Below are positions 9,474 through 18,833 of a stretch of 64,000 bases of DNA, piece by piece. Numbering within the stretch: position 1 is the first letter of the stretch; each line of letters opens with the position of its first letter. The position numbers were made by a program, and so were the translations under genes. The notes under the pieces were generated by a model that saw only the letters and a list, made by a program, of their open reading frames with translations, was not told the origin of the DNA and did no database searches. The DNA is from Verrucomicrobiota bacterium (GTDB lineage Bacteria; Verrucomicrobiota; Verrucomicrobiia; Limisphaerales; CANJSG01). The stretch spans positions 19,176-83,175 of the forward strand of contig JBBQXJ010000006.1 of NCBI GenBank assembly GCA_038209745.1, written 5' to 3'.

Positions 9474-11141
9474 ATGAGCGCCGTCGCGTTGCCAACCCAA
9501 GAACCCCCCGTCGTGCCTGCCGCTGGTTCCGCCGGGGGCCGATCGCCGGGCTTGCTGGCGATGGGGCTGGAGTCGGCTGCACAGGCGCCCCCGGTTGCGG
9601 AGCACACGTTGACGGCTGAAAGGACTTTGGAAGGCATCCGCAAGGGGCTCCGACTCCGCGAAACCACCTTCGTCGCCCAGATCATCGAGCTCGTCCGCGA
9701 GGCGAGCGCCAAGATCGAGACCCTCTCGGTCCATCAATTGGCCGAGATCATCGGACGCGACCTGACGATCACCACGCGTCTGATGAGGACGGCCTGCGCC
9801 GTGGCCTACAATCCCGACGGCGTGGAGATCGCCTCCCTGAACGAGGCCATCCAGGTCATCGGATTCGACCGTATCCGCAACATGGCGGTCTCGCTGTTGC
9901 TCCTGCAGAACGCGAACCGCAATGGGAGCCACGACGACTTCGACGACGTTTCCAGCGTGATGCTGATCAGCTCGCTCATGGCCGAGACGCTTTCGATGAG
10001 CGGCGGTCGCAAGTTGGACGCCGACCACATCTTCCTCTCCACCATCCTCCGCAACTACGGCAAGTTGCTCACCGCCTCCTTTTTCCCGACGGAGCATTGC
10101 GCGATGCTCGAGCTCGTCTCCGAATGCGGCGAAGACTCCGCGTTTCGCCGCCACTTCGGCATGACTGGACTGGAAATCGCCCGGGAAGCGCTGCAACAGG
10201 CGAAGCTTCCTCCGTCCCTCCTCCGCTGCCTGGACCGAGTCGACCCCGGGGTCTTCGAGTCGGAAGACCCTCTGTCGAAGCGCGATGAACAACTGCTTCT
10301 GATCGACTTCAGCGTGAAGTTCTGCGAGCTGCTGGCCCGGTTGAAATCCACCGACGAATTTACCGACAGATACGCCCAGCTCCTCCGGACCTACGGCCGG
10401 GTCCTCGGCTGCACGAAGGACGACATGAAACGGCTGCTGGAGGACACCCAGGAGAGGATCGAGGTGTTTCGGCGCTCCATGCCGAGCACGATCTTCGCCA
10501 ACCGCGTGGTTCAAAACATCCGCGCCCTCCTCAACGACCAGCCCCTCGTCTTCAAGCCCGACCCGAACCGACGCCCGATCTCCGACCCCGAAGAGGATCC
10601 GGCCCAATACGTCCACAGCCCGGAGCGAACCCTTCGCCACGGCCTGCGCGACCTGTCGCGGCTCCTCGAACAAGGACCCATCGAGGAAGGCGTGGCCTGG
10701 GCTCTCGCCACCCGGCTGCTCTGGCGCAGTCTCGAACTCGAAAATAGCGTGCTTCTCCTCAGGCAGAGTGTCCCAACCGAGTTCCGGGCGAAATGCGGCT
10801 TCGGCAGCGCCGAACAGCGGCTCGAAGACAACGGCCGTGTGGTCACCAGGGAGAAGACCATCTTCTCCGTCAGCATCGCCAACAGTCGCGATGTCATCAT
10901 CCAGCGTCCCCAGGATCCGGCCATCCAACCGTTCATCCCCGGTTGGTTGAAGCCTTTGGCCACCGGCGCCCTGCTGATCCTCCCTATCGCGGACGCCTCC
11001 GGGACCTTCGCGCTCTTGCTGGGAATCGCCCGCGCCGACCAGACCTACAGGCTCAATCCGAAGACGATGGAGATGCTCACCCTCCTGCGGCGTGATCTGG
11101 CCAAGATCCGCAGCCCTGGACCGGGCCTTCAAACGAGCTGA
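9474..11141 (+). CDS. HDOD-domain protein with C-terminal GAF-like region (paralogue 1)
   Basis: LAEIIGRDLTITTRLMRTA..Y..IASLNEAIQVIGFDRIRN is HDOD-like. The HD motif is replaced (ILRNYG). Confidence 0.75.
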   Translation: MSAVALPTQEPPVVPAAGSAGGRSPGLLAMGLESAAQAPPVAEHTLTAERTLEGIRKGLRLRETTFVAQIIELVREASAKIETLSVHQLAEIIGRDLTITTRLMRTACAVAYNPDGVEIASLNEAIQVIGFDRIRNMAVSLLLLQNANRNGSHDDFDDVSSVMLISSLMAETLSMSGGRKLDADHIFLSTILRNYGKLLTASFFPTEHCAMLELVSECGEDSAFRRHFGMTGLEIAREALQQAKLPPSLLRCLDRVDPGVFESEDPLSKRDEQLLLIDFSVKFCELLARLKSTDEFTDRYAQLLRTYGRVLGCTKDDMKRLLEDTQERIEVFRRSMPSTIFANRVVQNIRALLNDQPLVFKPDPNRRPISDPEEDPAQYVHSPERTLRHGLRDLSRLLEQGPIEEGVAWALATRLLWRSLELENSVLLLRQSVPTEFRAKCGFGSAEQRLEDNGRVVTREKTIFSVSIANSRDVIIQRPQDPAIQPFIPGWLKPLATGALLILPIADASGTFALLLGIARADQTYRLNPKTMEMLTLLRRDLAKIRSPGPGLQTS

Positions 11142-11258
11142 TCGCCTGCCGGGTTCCTCCTTCGCGGAGGCCCGTTCCCGCCCTGCGCGAAAAGAATCCC
11201 TCTGCTCCGTTTCTCCATTCAGAGAGCTTCAGCAACATCCGATTCTAGATGGAAGTGC

Positions 11259-12866
11259 ATGACTGAAACCCAGCCAATTTCCCTCGCGGCCGGAGCAGCC
11301 GACGCCATCGACGCCGGCGGAACCCAGCGGGCACAGACCGATCCGTCTCCGGTCACGCGCCGGCAGGAAACGCTGCGCCGCGTCCGGCAGGGCCTTGAGG
11401 AAAGGGACACCGCCTGCATCGTCCAGGTCATCGAACTCATCCGCGCCATCACGCTCCAGGCCGACCAGATCTCGGTCGGCGAAATGGCGGAGATCGTCGG
11501 ACGCGATCTGACCACGATGAACCACCTGCTGCGTACCGCGTGCTGTGTGGGCTACAATCCGGACGGCATCGAAATCACCTCACTGCCCCAGGCGGTCCAA
11601 CTCGTCGGATTCGAGCGCATCCGCAACATCGCCGTCTCTCTCCTCCTGCTCCAGAACGCCGACCGTCCTTGGAGCGACGAAGACTTCGAGGAGATCGCCA
11701 CCGCGATGCTCACCGGCGCTCTTCTCGCGGAGGCCATCGCCGACAACCGCCAGAACCTCGATTCCGGCATCTGCTTCCTTTCAGCCGCTCTCCGCAGCTA
11801 CGGCCGGCTCCTGCTCGCCTCCTTCCTCCCCGAAGACTACCGCGAAGCTCTTCAGCACTCGGCCCAGATCGGTGAAACCGCAGCTTTCCGCGAGATTTTC
11901 GATATCGGCCCGGCCGACCTGGGCCGCCTGCTCCTCTCCGAATACGGCTTCCCCGAATCGCTGCTTCGCAACCTGGATCCCGCCCCCGCTCCACCCCCGG
12001 AAGGAAAGCCCCATTCCAAAGCTGGAGAAACCCATCTCATCGTGGATTTTGGCGCGGGCGTCGCGGAACTGTTCGCCAAGGCCACCACCCGCGAAGACTT
12101 CGAACAGGGATTCGCCGAACGCCTCGCTCGGATCGGCCGTTCGCTCAGCTGTCCCCGCGACTCGCTGGTCCGGGCCCTCGAATCCGTCATGCGCCGGATG
12201 GACGGCTACAAGCACTCCCTCAGCAGTCCCGTATTCACCAACCGCGCGCTCCAGAACATCCGCTCCTTGCTGGCCTCAGAACCGTTCCCGGTGGGTCATG
12301 TCCGTCGTCGCCTTCCCTCGACCGCCAATGGAGACGCCTCCTTCACTTCTGGTGGCCGCGCCGAAGACCACCTGCGAATAGGACTTTCCGAACTCAATCG
12401 CCTCATCGCCGCCAAGCCGCTCAATCGCGCCGCCGCCTGGGCCACGTCCGCCCGCCTCCTGTGGCGCTGCCTCGATCTCGAGAATTGCTTCGTGCTCCTC
12501 CGGCGTGGCGCCACCGAGTTCACGGCGGAATACGGTTTCGGCGGCAATCTGGCCGTGATCCGCGCATCCGCCCGCCTGTCCTCCGCCGACCGGACCGTAT
12601 TCTCCGTCAGTCTCTTGCGCGGCCGCGACGCCCTCATCCAGCGGCCGCAGGATCCCTCGATCGCCCCGTTCGTGCCCGCCTGGCTCAAACCCCTCGCCAC
12701 CGGCGCCATCTTCGTCCTTCCCGTGACTGATCGGAACGGCACTTTCGCCCTCCTCGTCGGCATCGCTCCGGAGAAGCACACCTTCGCCCTGTCCCCTAAA
12801 ACCATGGAGCATCTCCAGCTCCTCCGCCGGCAGCTCGGCGCCCTTGCTCCTCCGGAATCCGCCTGA
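11259..12866 (+). CDS. HDOD-domain protein with C-terminal GAF-like region (paralogue 2)
   Basis: Colinear with the upstream paralogue: GRDLT, YNPDG, IGF/VGF-RIRN, IQRPQDP, WLKPLATGA, GTFALL. Confidence 0.75.
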   Translation: MTETQPISLAAGAADAIDAGGTQRAQTDPSPVTRRQETLRRVRQGLEERDTACIVQVIELIRAITLQADQISVGEMAEIVGRDLTTMNHLLRTACCVGYNPDGIEITSLPQAVQLVGFERIRNIAVSLLLLQNADRPWSDEDFEEIATAMLTGALLAEAIADNRQNLDSGICFLSAALRSYGRLLLASFLPEDYREALQHSAQIGETAAFREIFDIGPADLGRLLLSEYGFPESLLRNLDPAPAPPPEGKPHSKAGETHLIVDFGAGVAELFAKATTREDFEQGFAERLARIGRSLSCPRDSLVRALESVMRRMDGYKHSLSSPVFTNRALQNIRSLLASEPFPVGHVRRRLPSTANGDASFTSGGRAEDHLRIGLSELNRLIAAKPLNRAAAWATSARLLWRCLDLENCFVLLRRGATEFTAEYGFGGNLAVIRASARLSSADRTVFSVSLLRGRDALIQRPQDPSIAPFVPAWLKPLATGAIFVLPVTDRNGTFALLVGIAPEKHTFALSPKTMEHLQLLRRQLGALAPPESA

Positions 12867-12983
12867 TTCGGCCCGGCAATCGCCCGGCGCAGCGCACACG
12901 TCGGGTCGGAATTCACGGGTCGCGGTCCCAAGGACCAATTCGTGCCTTGCGACCTCCATGGCCCGCCCGACAGACTCCCGCCC

Positions 12984-14285
12984 ATGCTCGATATTCGCTT
13001 CATCCGCGAAAACCCCGACTCAGTCCGTCAACGCCTCGCCAGCCGCAACGCCGGCGATGAAAAGCACATCGACGATCTGCTCGCCAACGACGACCAACGC
13101 CGCAAAGCCCTCAAGGAAGTCGAAGACCTGAAGGCCGAACGCAACCGTTCCTCCAAGGAGATCGGCGCCCTCATGGGCCAGAAGAAGCTCGCCGAAGCCG
13201 AAGCCGCCAAGATCCGCGTGCGCGAGATCGGCGACAAGATCACCGCCCTCGACAAACAGGTCGCCGACTCCGAAACCCGGTGCGACGAGATCCTCCTCCG
13301 CCTGCCAAACCTCCCCCACCCCAGCGTGGCTCCGGGCAAAGACGCGGCCGACAATCCGCTCATCCGCACCTGGGGCGACAAGCCGGCCTACGCTTTCCAG
13401 ACCAAGAACCACATCGAGCTCTGCCAGTCGCTCAAGCTGATCGACTTCGAGCGCGGCACAAAGCTCTCCGGCTCCGGCTTCCTCCTCTACACCGGTTGGG
13501 GCGCCAAGTTGGAGCGCGCCTTGATCTCGTTCCTGCTCGATCTCCACACCGCCGAGCACGGCTACACCGAGGTTTCCCCGCCCTACATCATCGGCGAGCA
13601 CTGCATGATCGGCGTCGGGCAGTTCCCGAAATTCCGCGACCAGGCCTACGCCGTGCAGGAAGGCAACGACGCCTCCACCTTGGGCAAGCTCTACCTCCTG
13701 CCCACCGCCGAAGCCCCCGTCGCCAACATCCACCGCGAAGAACTCCTGGCGGAGAGCCAACTCCCGATCCGCTACGTCGCCTACTCGCCCTGTTTCCGCG
13801 CCGAAGCCGGCGCCGCCGGACTGGGCACGCGCGGCATGATCCGCGTCCATCAGTTCGACAAGGTGGAGCTGATCAAGATCGTGAAACCCGAGGACGGCTA
13901 TGCCGAACTCGAGACCCTCGTCGGCCACGCCGAAAAGGTCCTCCAGCTCCTCGGCCTCCACTACAAGGTCATCAACCTCTGCACCGGCGACATGGGCTTC
14001 GCCAGCGCCAAGACCTACGACATCGAGGTCTGGGCGCCCGGCCAGGGCCAATACCTCGAAGTATCGAGCTGCTCCAACTGCGAGGACTTCCAGGCCCGCC
14101 GCATGAACCTCCGCTACAAGCGCGACACCGACGGCCAGAACGTCCTCCCCCACATCCTCAACGGCTCCGGCACCGCCCTCGCCCGCCTCTTCGTCGCCCT
14201 CGTGGAAACCCACCAGCAACCCGACGGCTCGATCCTGATCCCCAAGCCGCTCCAGCCGTATCTGAAGGCGGAGAGGATTGAGTAG
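12984..14285 (+). CDS. serS: Serine--tRNA ligase
   Basis: MLDIRFIREN start, PTAE, FRAEAG..TRGMIRVHQFDKVE, EVSSCSNC, LNGSG. Confidence 0.97.
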   Translation: MLDIRFIRENPDSVRQRLASRNAGDEKHIDDLLANDDQRRKALKEVEDLKAERNRSSKEIGALMGQKKLAEAEAAKIRVREIGDKITALDKQVADSETRCDEILLRLPNLPHPSVAPGKDAADNPLIRTWGDKPAYAFQTKNHIELCQSLKLIDFERGTKLSGSGFLLYTGWGAKLERALISFLLDLHTAEHGYTEVSPPYIIGEHCMIGVGQFPKFRDQAYAVQEGNDASTLGKLYLLPTAEAPVANIHREELLAESQLPIRYVAYSPCFRAEAGAAGLGTRGMIRVHQFDKVELIKIVKPEDGYAELETLVGHAEKVLQLLGLHYKVINLCTGDMGFASAKTYDIEVWAPGQGQYLEVSSCSNCEDFQARRMNLRYKRDTDGQNVLPHILNGSGTALARLFVALVETHQQPDGSILIPKPLQPYLKAERIE

Positions 14286-15057
14286 TTGCCACAGTGATTT
14301 CCCGCACATCGTGGACCCCTCCATCGTAAAAACAGGCAGTTTCTGGACTCTAAAATGTCCTGCTTGGGCCACCATCTTTCAAAGCCAAGCACGCACAGAT
14401 TTCGCGTGTGCGTGGAGCGACGCGACTACCCTGATTAAGATTCACGACGACAAAACGAAAAAGAAGGTGGGGAAACCGATTGCAGAACTCGAAGCACTAA
14501 AGCGATCCGCCGTGATTCTTGCTGTCACGGCTTGGGAATCATTTGTTGAGGACACTGTATCCCAGCAGTTGACCAAGAAGCTCGCTTCATCTGAACGACC
14601 GGACACTCTCAGCTCAACGTTCAATTACGTAGCTGCGGAATGGATGGATCCAATTCGTAGTCCTAAACGGTTCGGACCCGCTCTGACAGATTGGACCGGC
14701 GACAACTGGAAGGAGAGGATCAAGGACTCTCTCATTGAGAGGCTTAAGAACTTCAACACACCAAACAGCGAAAATACGAATGAGCTATTTGATCGCTACC
14801 TTGGAATCGCCATCAAGAACCACTGGAGCTGGCAGGCTACATCTCCAGATTCGGCTCAAAATAAATTGAACGCCCTGATCAAGTTGCGAGGCAGAGCTGT
14901 GCATCGAGGCAAAGTGTTGCATCCGATGTCCCAGCCGGACCCAGCGATGAGAAGAGGTGCCGCAATCGACGCGCTAAATCTAGTTTTCCGGCTTGTTCAA
15001 TCTACCGAAGAGGCGATCAACGAGGCTCCTACGTGTCGTCACTTTTCCGCCAAATGA
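14278..15057 (+). CDS. HEPN-domain protein (RiboL-PSP-HEPN-like putative RNase)
   Basis: SAVILAVTAWESFVED helix, FNTP motif and an Rx4H motif (LRGRAVH). About 50% GC. Start uncertain (TTG 14278 or GTG 14311). Its stop overlaps the glgA start (ATGA). Confidence 0.7.
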   Translation: MSSCHSDFPHIVDPSIVKTGSFWTLKCPAWATIFQSQARTDFACAWSDATTLIKIHDDKTKKKVGKPIAELEALKRSAVILAVTAWESFVEDTVSQQLTKKLASSERPDTLSSTFNYVAAEWMDPIRSPKRFGPALTDWTGDNWKERIKDSLIERLKNFNTPNSENTNELFDRYLGIAIKNHWSWQATSPDSAQNKLNALIKLRGRAVHRGKVLHPMSQPDPAMRRGAAIDALNLVFRLVQSTEEAINEAPTCRHFSAK

Positions 15058-16505
15058 AAATCCTCCTCGCCACGAGTGAACTGCATCCCTTCTCCAAGAC
15101 CGGCGGACTGGCCGACATGGTCGGCGCGCTGGCCAAGTTCCTCGCCAAGGCGGGCCACACCGTGGGCGTCGTCACCCCGCTCTACGGCGCGATCAAGGTC
15201 GACCACTCGCTGCTCAAGCCGCTCGAATGGCGGCTCGACATCCCGGTCGGCCACCGCGTCATCCACGGCTCGGTCAAGACGCTGACCACGGCCGAGGGCG
15301 TCACGGTCTACTTCGTCGACCAGCCCGACTATTTCGGCAACCGCGACGGCATCTACTTCGACGCCGCCGGCGACTACACGGACAATCCCGAGCGCTTCAT
15401 CTTCCTGTCCAAGGCGGCGGTGAACCTCGCGCGCTTCCTGCCGGCCGCGGTCCGTCCCGAGATCCTCCACGCGCACGACTGGCAGACCGCACTCGTTCCG
15501 CTGCTGGTCTATCACGGCCGGACCCGCGAGATCTGGCTGAAGTCGCCCCGGACCTTCTTCACCATCCACAATCTCGCCTACCAGGGCCGCTACGAGGGCC
15601 CGCGCTATGGCAGCACGAACCTGCCGTGGGACTATTTCCATACCGAAGGCGCGGAATTCCACGCCGACTTCAACATGCTGAAAGCCGGCATCGCCTACAC
15701 CGACGTCGTCACGACGGTGAGCCCCAGCTACGCGGAGGAGATCAAGGGATTGGAGCAGGGCTGCGGGCTGGACGGGTTGTTGCGCCGCAGGGCGGGATCC
15801 CTCGTCGGCATCCTCAACGGGGTGGACTACGAGGAATGGTCGACCACGGACAACCCCTACCTGCCCGCCTCGTATTCGGCGGCGGATCTTTCGGGCAAGG
15901 ACGTCTGCAAGGCCGCGCTGCAGCGCGAAATGGGCCTGCCCATTCGGCCCGGAACGCCGCTCTTCGGGACGGTGGGCCGCTTGGCCGACCAGAAGGGCCA
16001 CGACATCATGCTCCCGGCGCTGGAGGCGATGCTGGAGGACGACATCCAGTTCATCATGCTCGGCAACGGCTCCAAAGCGCTGGAGAAAAGCTACCGCGAC
16101 CTGATGCTGCGGCACCCGGGCAAGGCCGCGTGCCTGATCGGCTTCAGCCAGGCGTTGAGCCACCGCATCGAGGCGGGCTGCGACTTCTTCCTCATGCCCT
16201 CGAAATTCGAGCCATGCGGGCTGAACCAGATGTATTCCCTCCGCTACGGCACCTTGCCGGTCGTCCGCGCCACCGGCGGCCTCAACGATTCGGTCGTGGA
16301 CATCACGGAGGATCCGGGCCGGGCGAACGGCATCAAATTCACCGGCTACACGCCCGAGGCGATGACCAAGGCCCTGTGCAAAGCGGTCGCGCTCTACAAG
16401 GAGCCCGAGCTGCTGAAGCACTTCCGCGAAACCGCCATGGCCGTGGACTTCTCCTGGGAACGGACCTGCCAGGACTACGTGCGCCTCTATCGCGGCAAAA
16501 AGTGA
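15054..16505 (+). CDS. glgA: Glycogen synthase
   Basis: KTGGLAD, HAHDWQ, TIHNLAYQG, QKG, PSKFEPCGLNQ, TGGLND, FSW. Confidence 0.96.
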   Translation: MKILLATSELHPFSKTGGLADMVGALAKFLAKAGHTVGVVTPLYGAIKVDHSLLKPLEWRLDIPVGHRVIHGSVKTLTTAEGVTVYFVDQPDYFGNRDGIYFDAAGDYTDNPERFIFLSKAAVNLARFLPAAVRPEILHAHDWQTALVPLLVYHGRTREIWLKSPRTFFTIHNLAYQGRYEGPRYGSTNLPWDYFHTEGAEFHADFNMLKAGIAYTDVVTTVSPSYAEEIKGLEQGCGLDGLLRRRAGSLVGILNGVDYEEWSTTDNPYLPASYSAADLSGKDVCKAALQREMGLPIRPGTPLFGTVGRLADQKGHDIMLPALEAMLEDDIQFIMLGNGSKALEKSYRDLMLRHPGKAACLIGFSQALSHRIEAGCDFFLMPSKFEPCGLNQMYSLRYGTLPVVRATGGLNDSVVDITEDPGRANGIKFTGYTPEAMTKALCKAVALYKEPELLKHFRETAMAVDFSWERTCQDYVRLYRGKK

Positions 16506-16581
16506 AGCAGGCCGACATGCTGGTCCGAATCAGCCCCGGCGGCTCCTTGACTCCGCGCCGACCGCTTCCCAACTTCGCCCG

Positions 16582-17055
16582 GTGAAATCCGAAGGCCTAG
16601 CCAGACACATTTTGTTCGCGGCCACCATCACGTTGGCCCTCTACGCGGCCGGCTTCACGTGGATCGAACACATCAACCACCGTCACGGTCCCTGGGAGAT
16701 CGAGTTTCGGACGGACGCGGAAGGCCACCTTTCGTTGACCGTCAACCAAGCTTCTCTCGGCATCTCGAATCTCACCGTCTCGGTGCCGGATCAAACCGTC
16801 GCCCAGTCGAACCTCTCCGCGACCGTCCGATTCGACAGCGTGACGAACACCGCGCCTGTGGGTGAGCTGGTCTACTTCGACACCCGAACTCTTCCCGGCG
16901 TGCTCACCTTCAACCTGCTGGGACACGAAGTGGAGTTCATGCCCCGCACCATGACCGTGGACAAAGAAGCCGTGGCCTGGGCGTCGAACACGAACATCGT
17001 GCTGACCGGCCCTGGCAAATACGTGCCGAAGCCGCCGAAGAAGAGGCGGTATTGA
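16582..17055 (+). CDS. Hypothetical membrane-anchored protein
   Basis: GTG start, N-terminal hydrophobic segment, beta-rich body and host-like codon usage. Confidence 0.65.
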   Translation: MKSEGLARHILFAATITLALYAAGFTWIEHINHRHGPWEIEFRTDAEGHLSLTVNQASLGISNLTVSVPDQTVAQSNLSATVRFDSVTNTAPVGELVYFDTRTLPGVLTFNLLGHEVEFMPRTMTVDKEAVAWASNTNIVLTGPGKYVPKPPKKRRY

Positions 17056-17291
17056 TCCAGCCACGTGCAACCCGTCCGAATCGCCGCGACCTGACACGCC
17101 CGGTCTGAGCCAGGCCAGATCTCACCAGGCCCGCGATTTCCACTCCACAAACCCAGCCGCATTGGGCAGTTCGGAGACCGCCGGCCGCCACCTCGGCCCG
17201 CTCGCAGGAGCCGCTTGGGTCTCAAGACGGCATTCCTTTTTCCGCGCCAACCCGGCTTGAAACTCCCTTTCTCAAGTGTCTTCATCGGGGC

Positions 17292-18014
17292 ATGAAACGG
17301 CTTCTTCTTCCAGTTCTGCTCGCGCTCCTCGCCGTGGCGGCCGCAGTCGAGGCGCCCAAGCCACCGTCGCCGCTCTATGAAAAGCGCGAGGTCCATGACC
17401 GCAACGGGATCGGGAAGTTTTTCATGGGGCGCGAGATCGCCCATGTGATGGGGCACCAAGCGGCGGACTGGCTGGAAAGGCCGGAACGCGAGCGGGAGGA
17501 GCGCACCGATCTCCTGGTCGACGCGCTTGGCCTCCAACCGGGGATGACCGTCGCGGACATCGGCTGCGGCACCGGATTTCTTTCGGAAAGAATGGCGCGG
17601 CGGATCATCCCGGGCGGCGTGGTCTTCGGCGTGGACATCCAACAGGAGATGCTCGACCTGCTCGTCCGCAAGATGCGGGAGAAGAAGATCGAAAACGTGA
17701 AGCCGGTTCTGGGAACAGAGGCGGATCCAAAGCTGGAACCCGGAAGCTGCGACCTCTTGGTGATGGTCGATGTCTATCACGAGTTCGACTTTCCCTACGA
17801 GATGATGGGGAAGATGGTTCCAGCCCTGAAAAAGGGCGGTCGGATCGTGTTCGTGGAATACCGCGCGGAAGATCCCGCGATCCCGATCAAGGAGGTCCAC
17901 AAGATGTCCGAGGCGCAGGTCAGGAAGGAAATGGCGCTCCAGCCGGAAATGGAATGGATCGAGACGAGGAAGGAACTGCCGCAGCAGCACGTCATTGTCT
18001 TTCGCAGAAAGTGA
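17292..18014 (+). CDS. Class I SAM-dependent methyltransferase with predicted signal peptide
   Basis: VADIGCGTG motif I, VDIQ, VDVYHE, LKKGGRIV, after an MKRLLLPVLLALLAVAAA leader. Confidence 0.85.
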   Translation: MKRLLLPVLLALLAVAAAVEAPKPPSPLYEKREVHDRNGIGKFFMGREIAHVMGHQAADWLERPEREREERTDLLVDALGLQPGMTVADIGCGTGFLSERMARRIIPGGVVFGVDIQQEMLDLLVRKMREKKIENVKPVLGTEADPKLEPGSCDLLVMVDVYHEFDFPYEMMGKMVPALKKGGRIVFVEYRAEDPAIPIKEVHKMSEAQVRKEMALQPEMEWIETRKELPQQHVIVFRRK

Positions 18015-18049
18015 CCGATGAAACACGCGCGGCGTGTCGGCCCGACGCT

Positions 18050-18600
18050 TGGAAAAAGTCACCACCGACGGCCTTCCCATCCTGACGGGTGAGGTCTACG
18101 GGTTCTCCCCGAAGATTCGAAACACTCCGAGGACCCACCGACACCGGTAGCGACTTGAGTTTGCCCGGAGTTGCGTGCTGGACTGGAATCCATCAAACAA
18201 GGGTATGGACCGCAGCAGCAACAGCAGGCGCTCGGCGGCGAAACCAACGCGTTCCCCAGTTTCACTCCTCCAGTCAAAGGGAAGCCTCGCAAAGACCGCG
18301 TTGTTCGAACGAATCTGCTCGGCCCCACGACGAGCTTTCCGGACGAGATCGAGATGTATTCCGGAGCAAATCCCAACGGAATCGCCCAGCTCCAACCGCG
18401 CGCGTTTCAAAGGCGCTTCGATCCCGGATACGGCCAAAGCTTCACCACCGGCGAAGTCCGTCCTTGAGCGTGGACTACAGGCCGAACTTCACGATCCGGC
18501 AGGAGTTGACCAACGGTCTCGCCCTTGAAAACGGTGCCATGGTTGAGAGCGTTCCGGCATTCGGCCAGACGCCAGTCCGGTTTTACCGCATCACTGCTCC
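18050..18600 (+). pseudogene. Possible decayed gene fragment of a secreted protein
   Basis: Protein-like segments in different frames (…GPTTSFPDEIEMYSG…; …LTNG…VRFYRITAP) with no coherent ORF. The FYRI end resembles C-terminal tails of verrucomicrobial secreted proteins. Confidence 0.3.
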
Positions 18601-18833
18601 ACAAAAATTTTCCGCAGGGGCTTCTCCCCTCCCCATTGAGGAAGATCCGCCTGGTGGCAGGCCTGTCGGGCACCGAAGCCAGACCCGGAACGACCGAATC
18701 CGGGCCGCGGTAAATCCATTCACCGAAGACAGCGGTTTTCCCTGCCAGTCGGACCCAAAAACAACTTCCATTTTGCTCTCCGGCCCACAAAATCGTGTCT
18801 CGTTTTTGTTCCCACTTCCCGACCCTAAAAACT

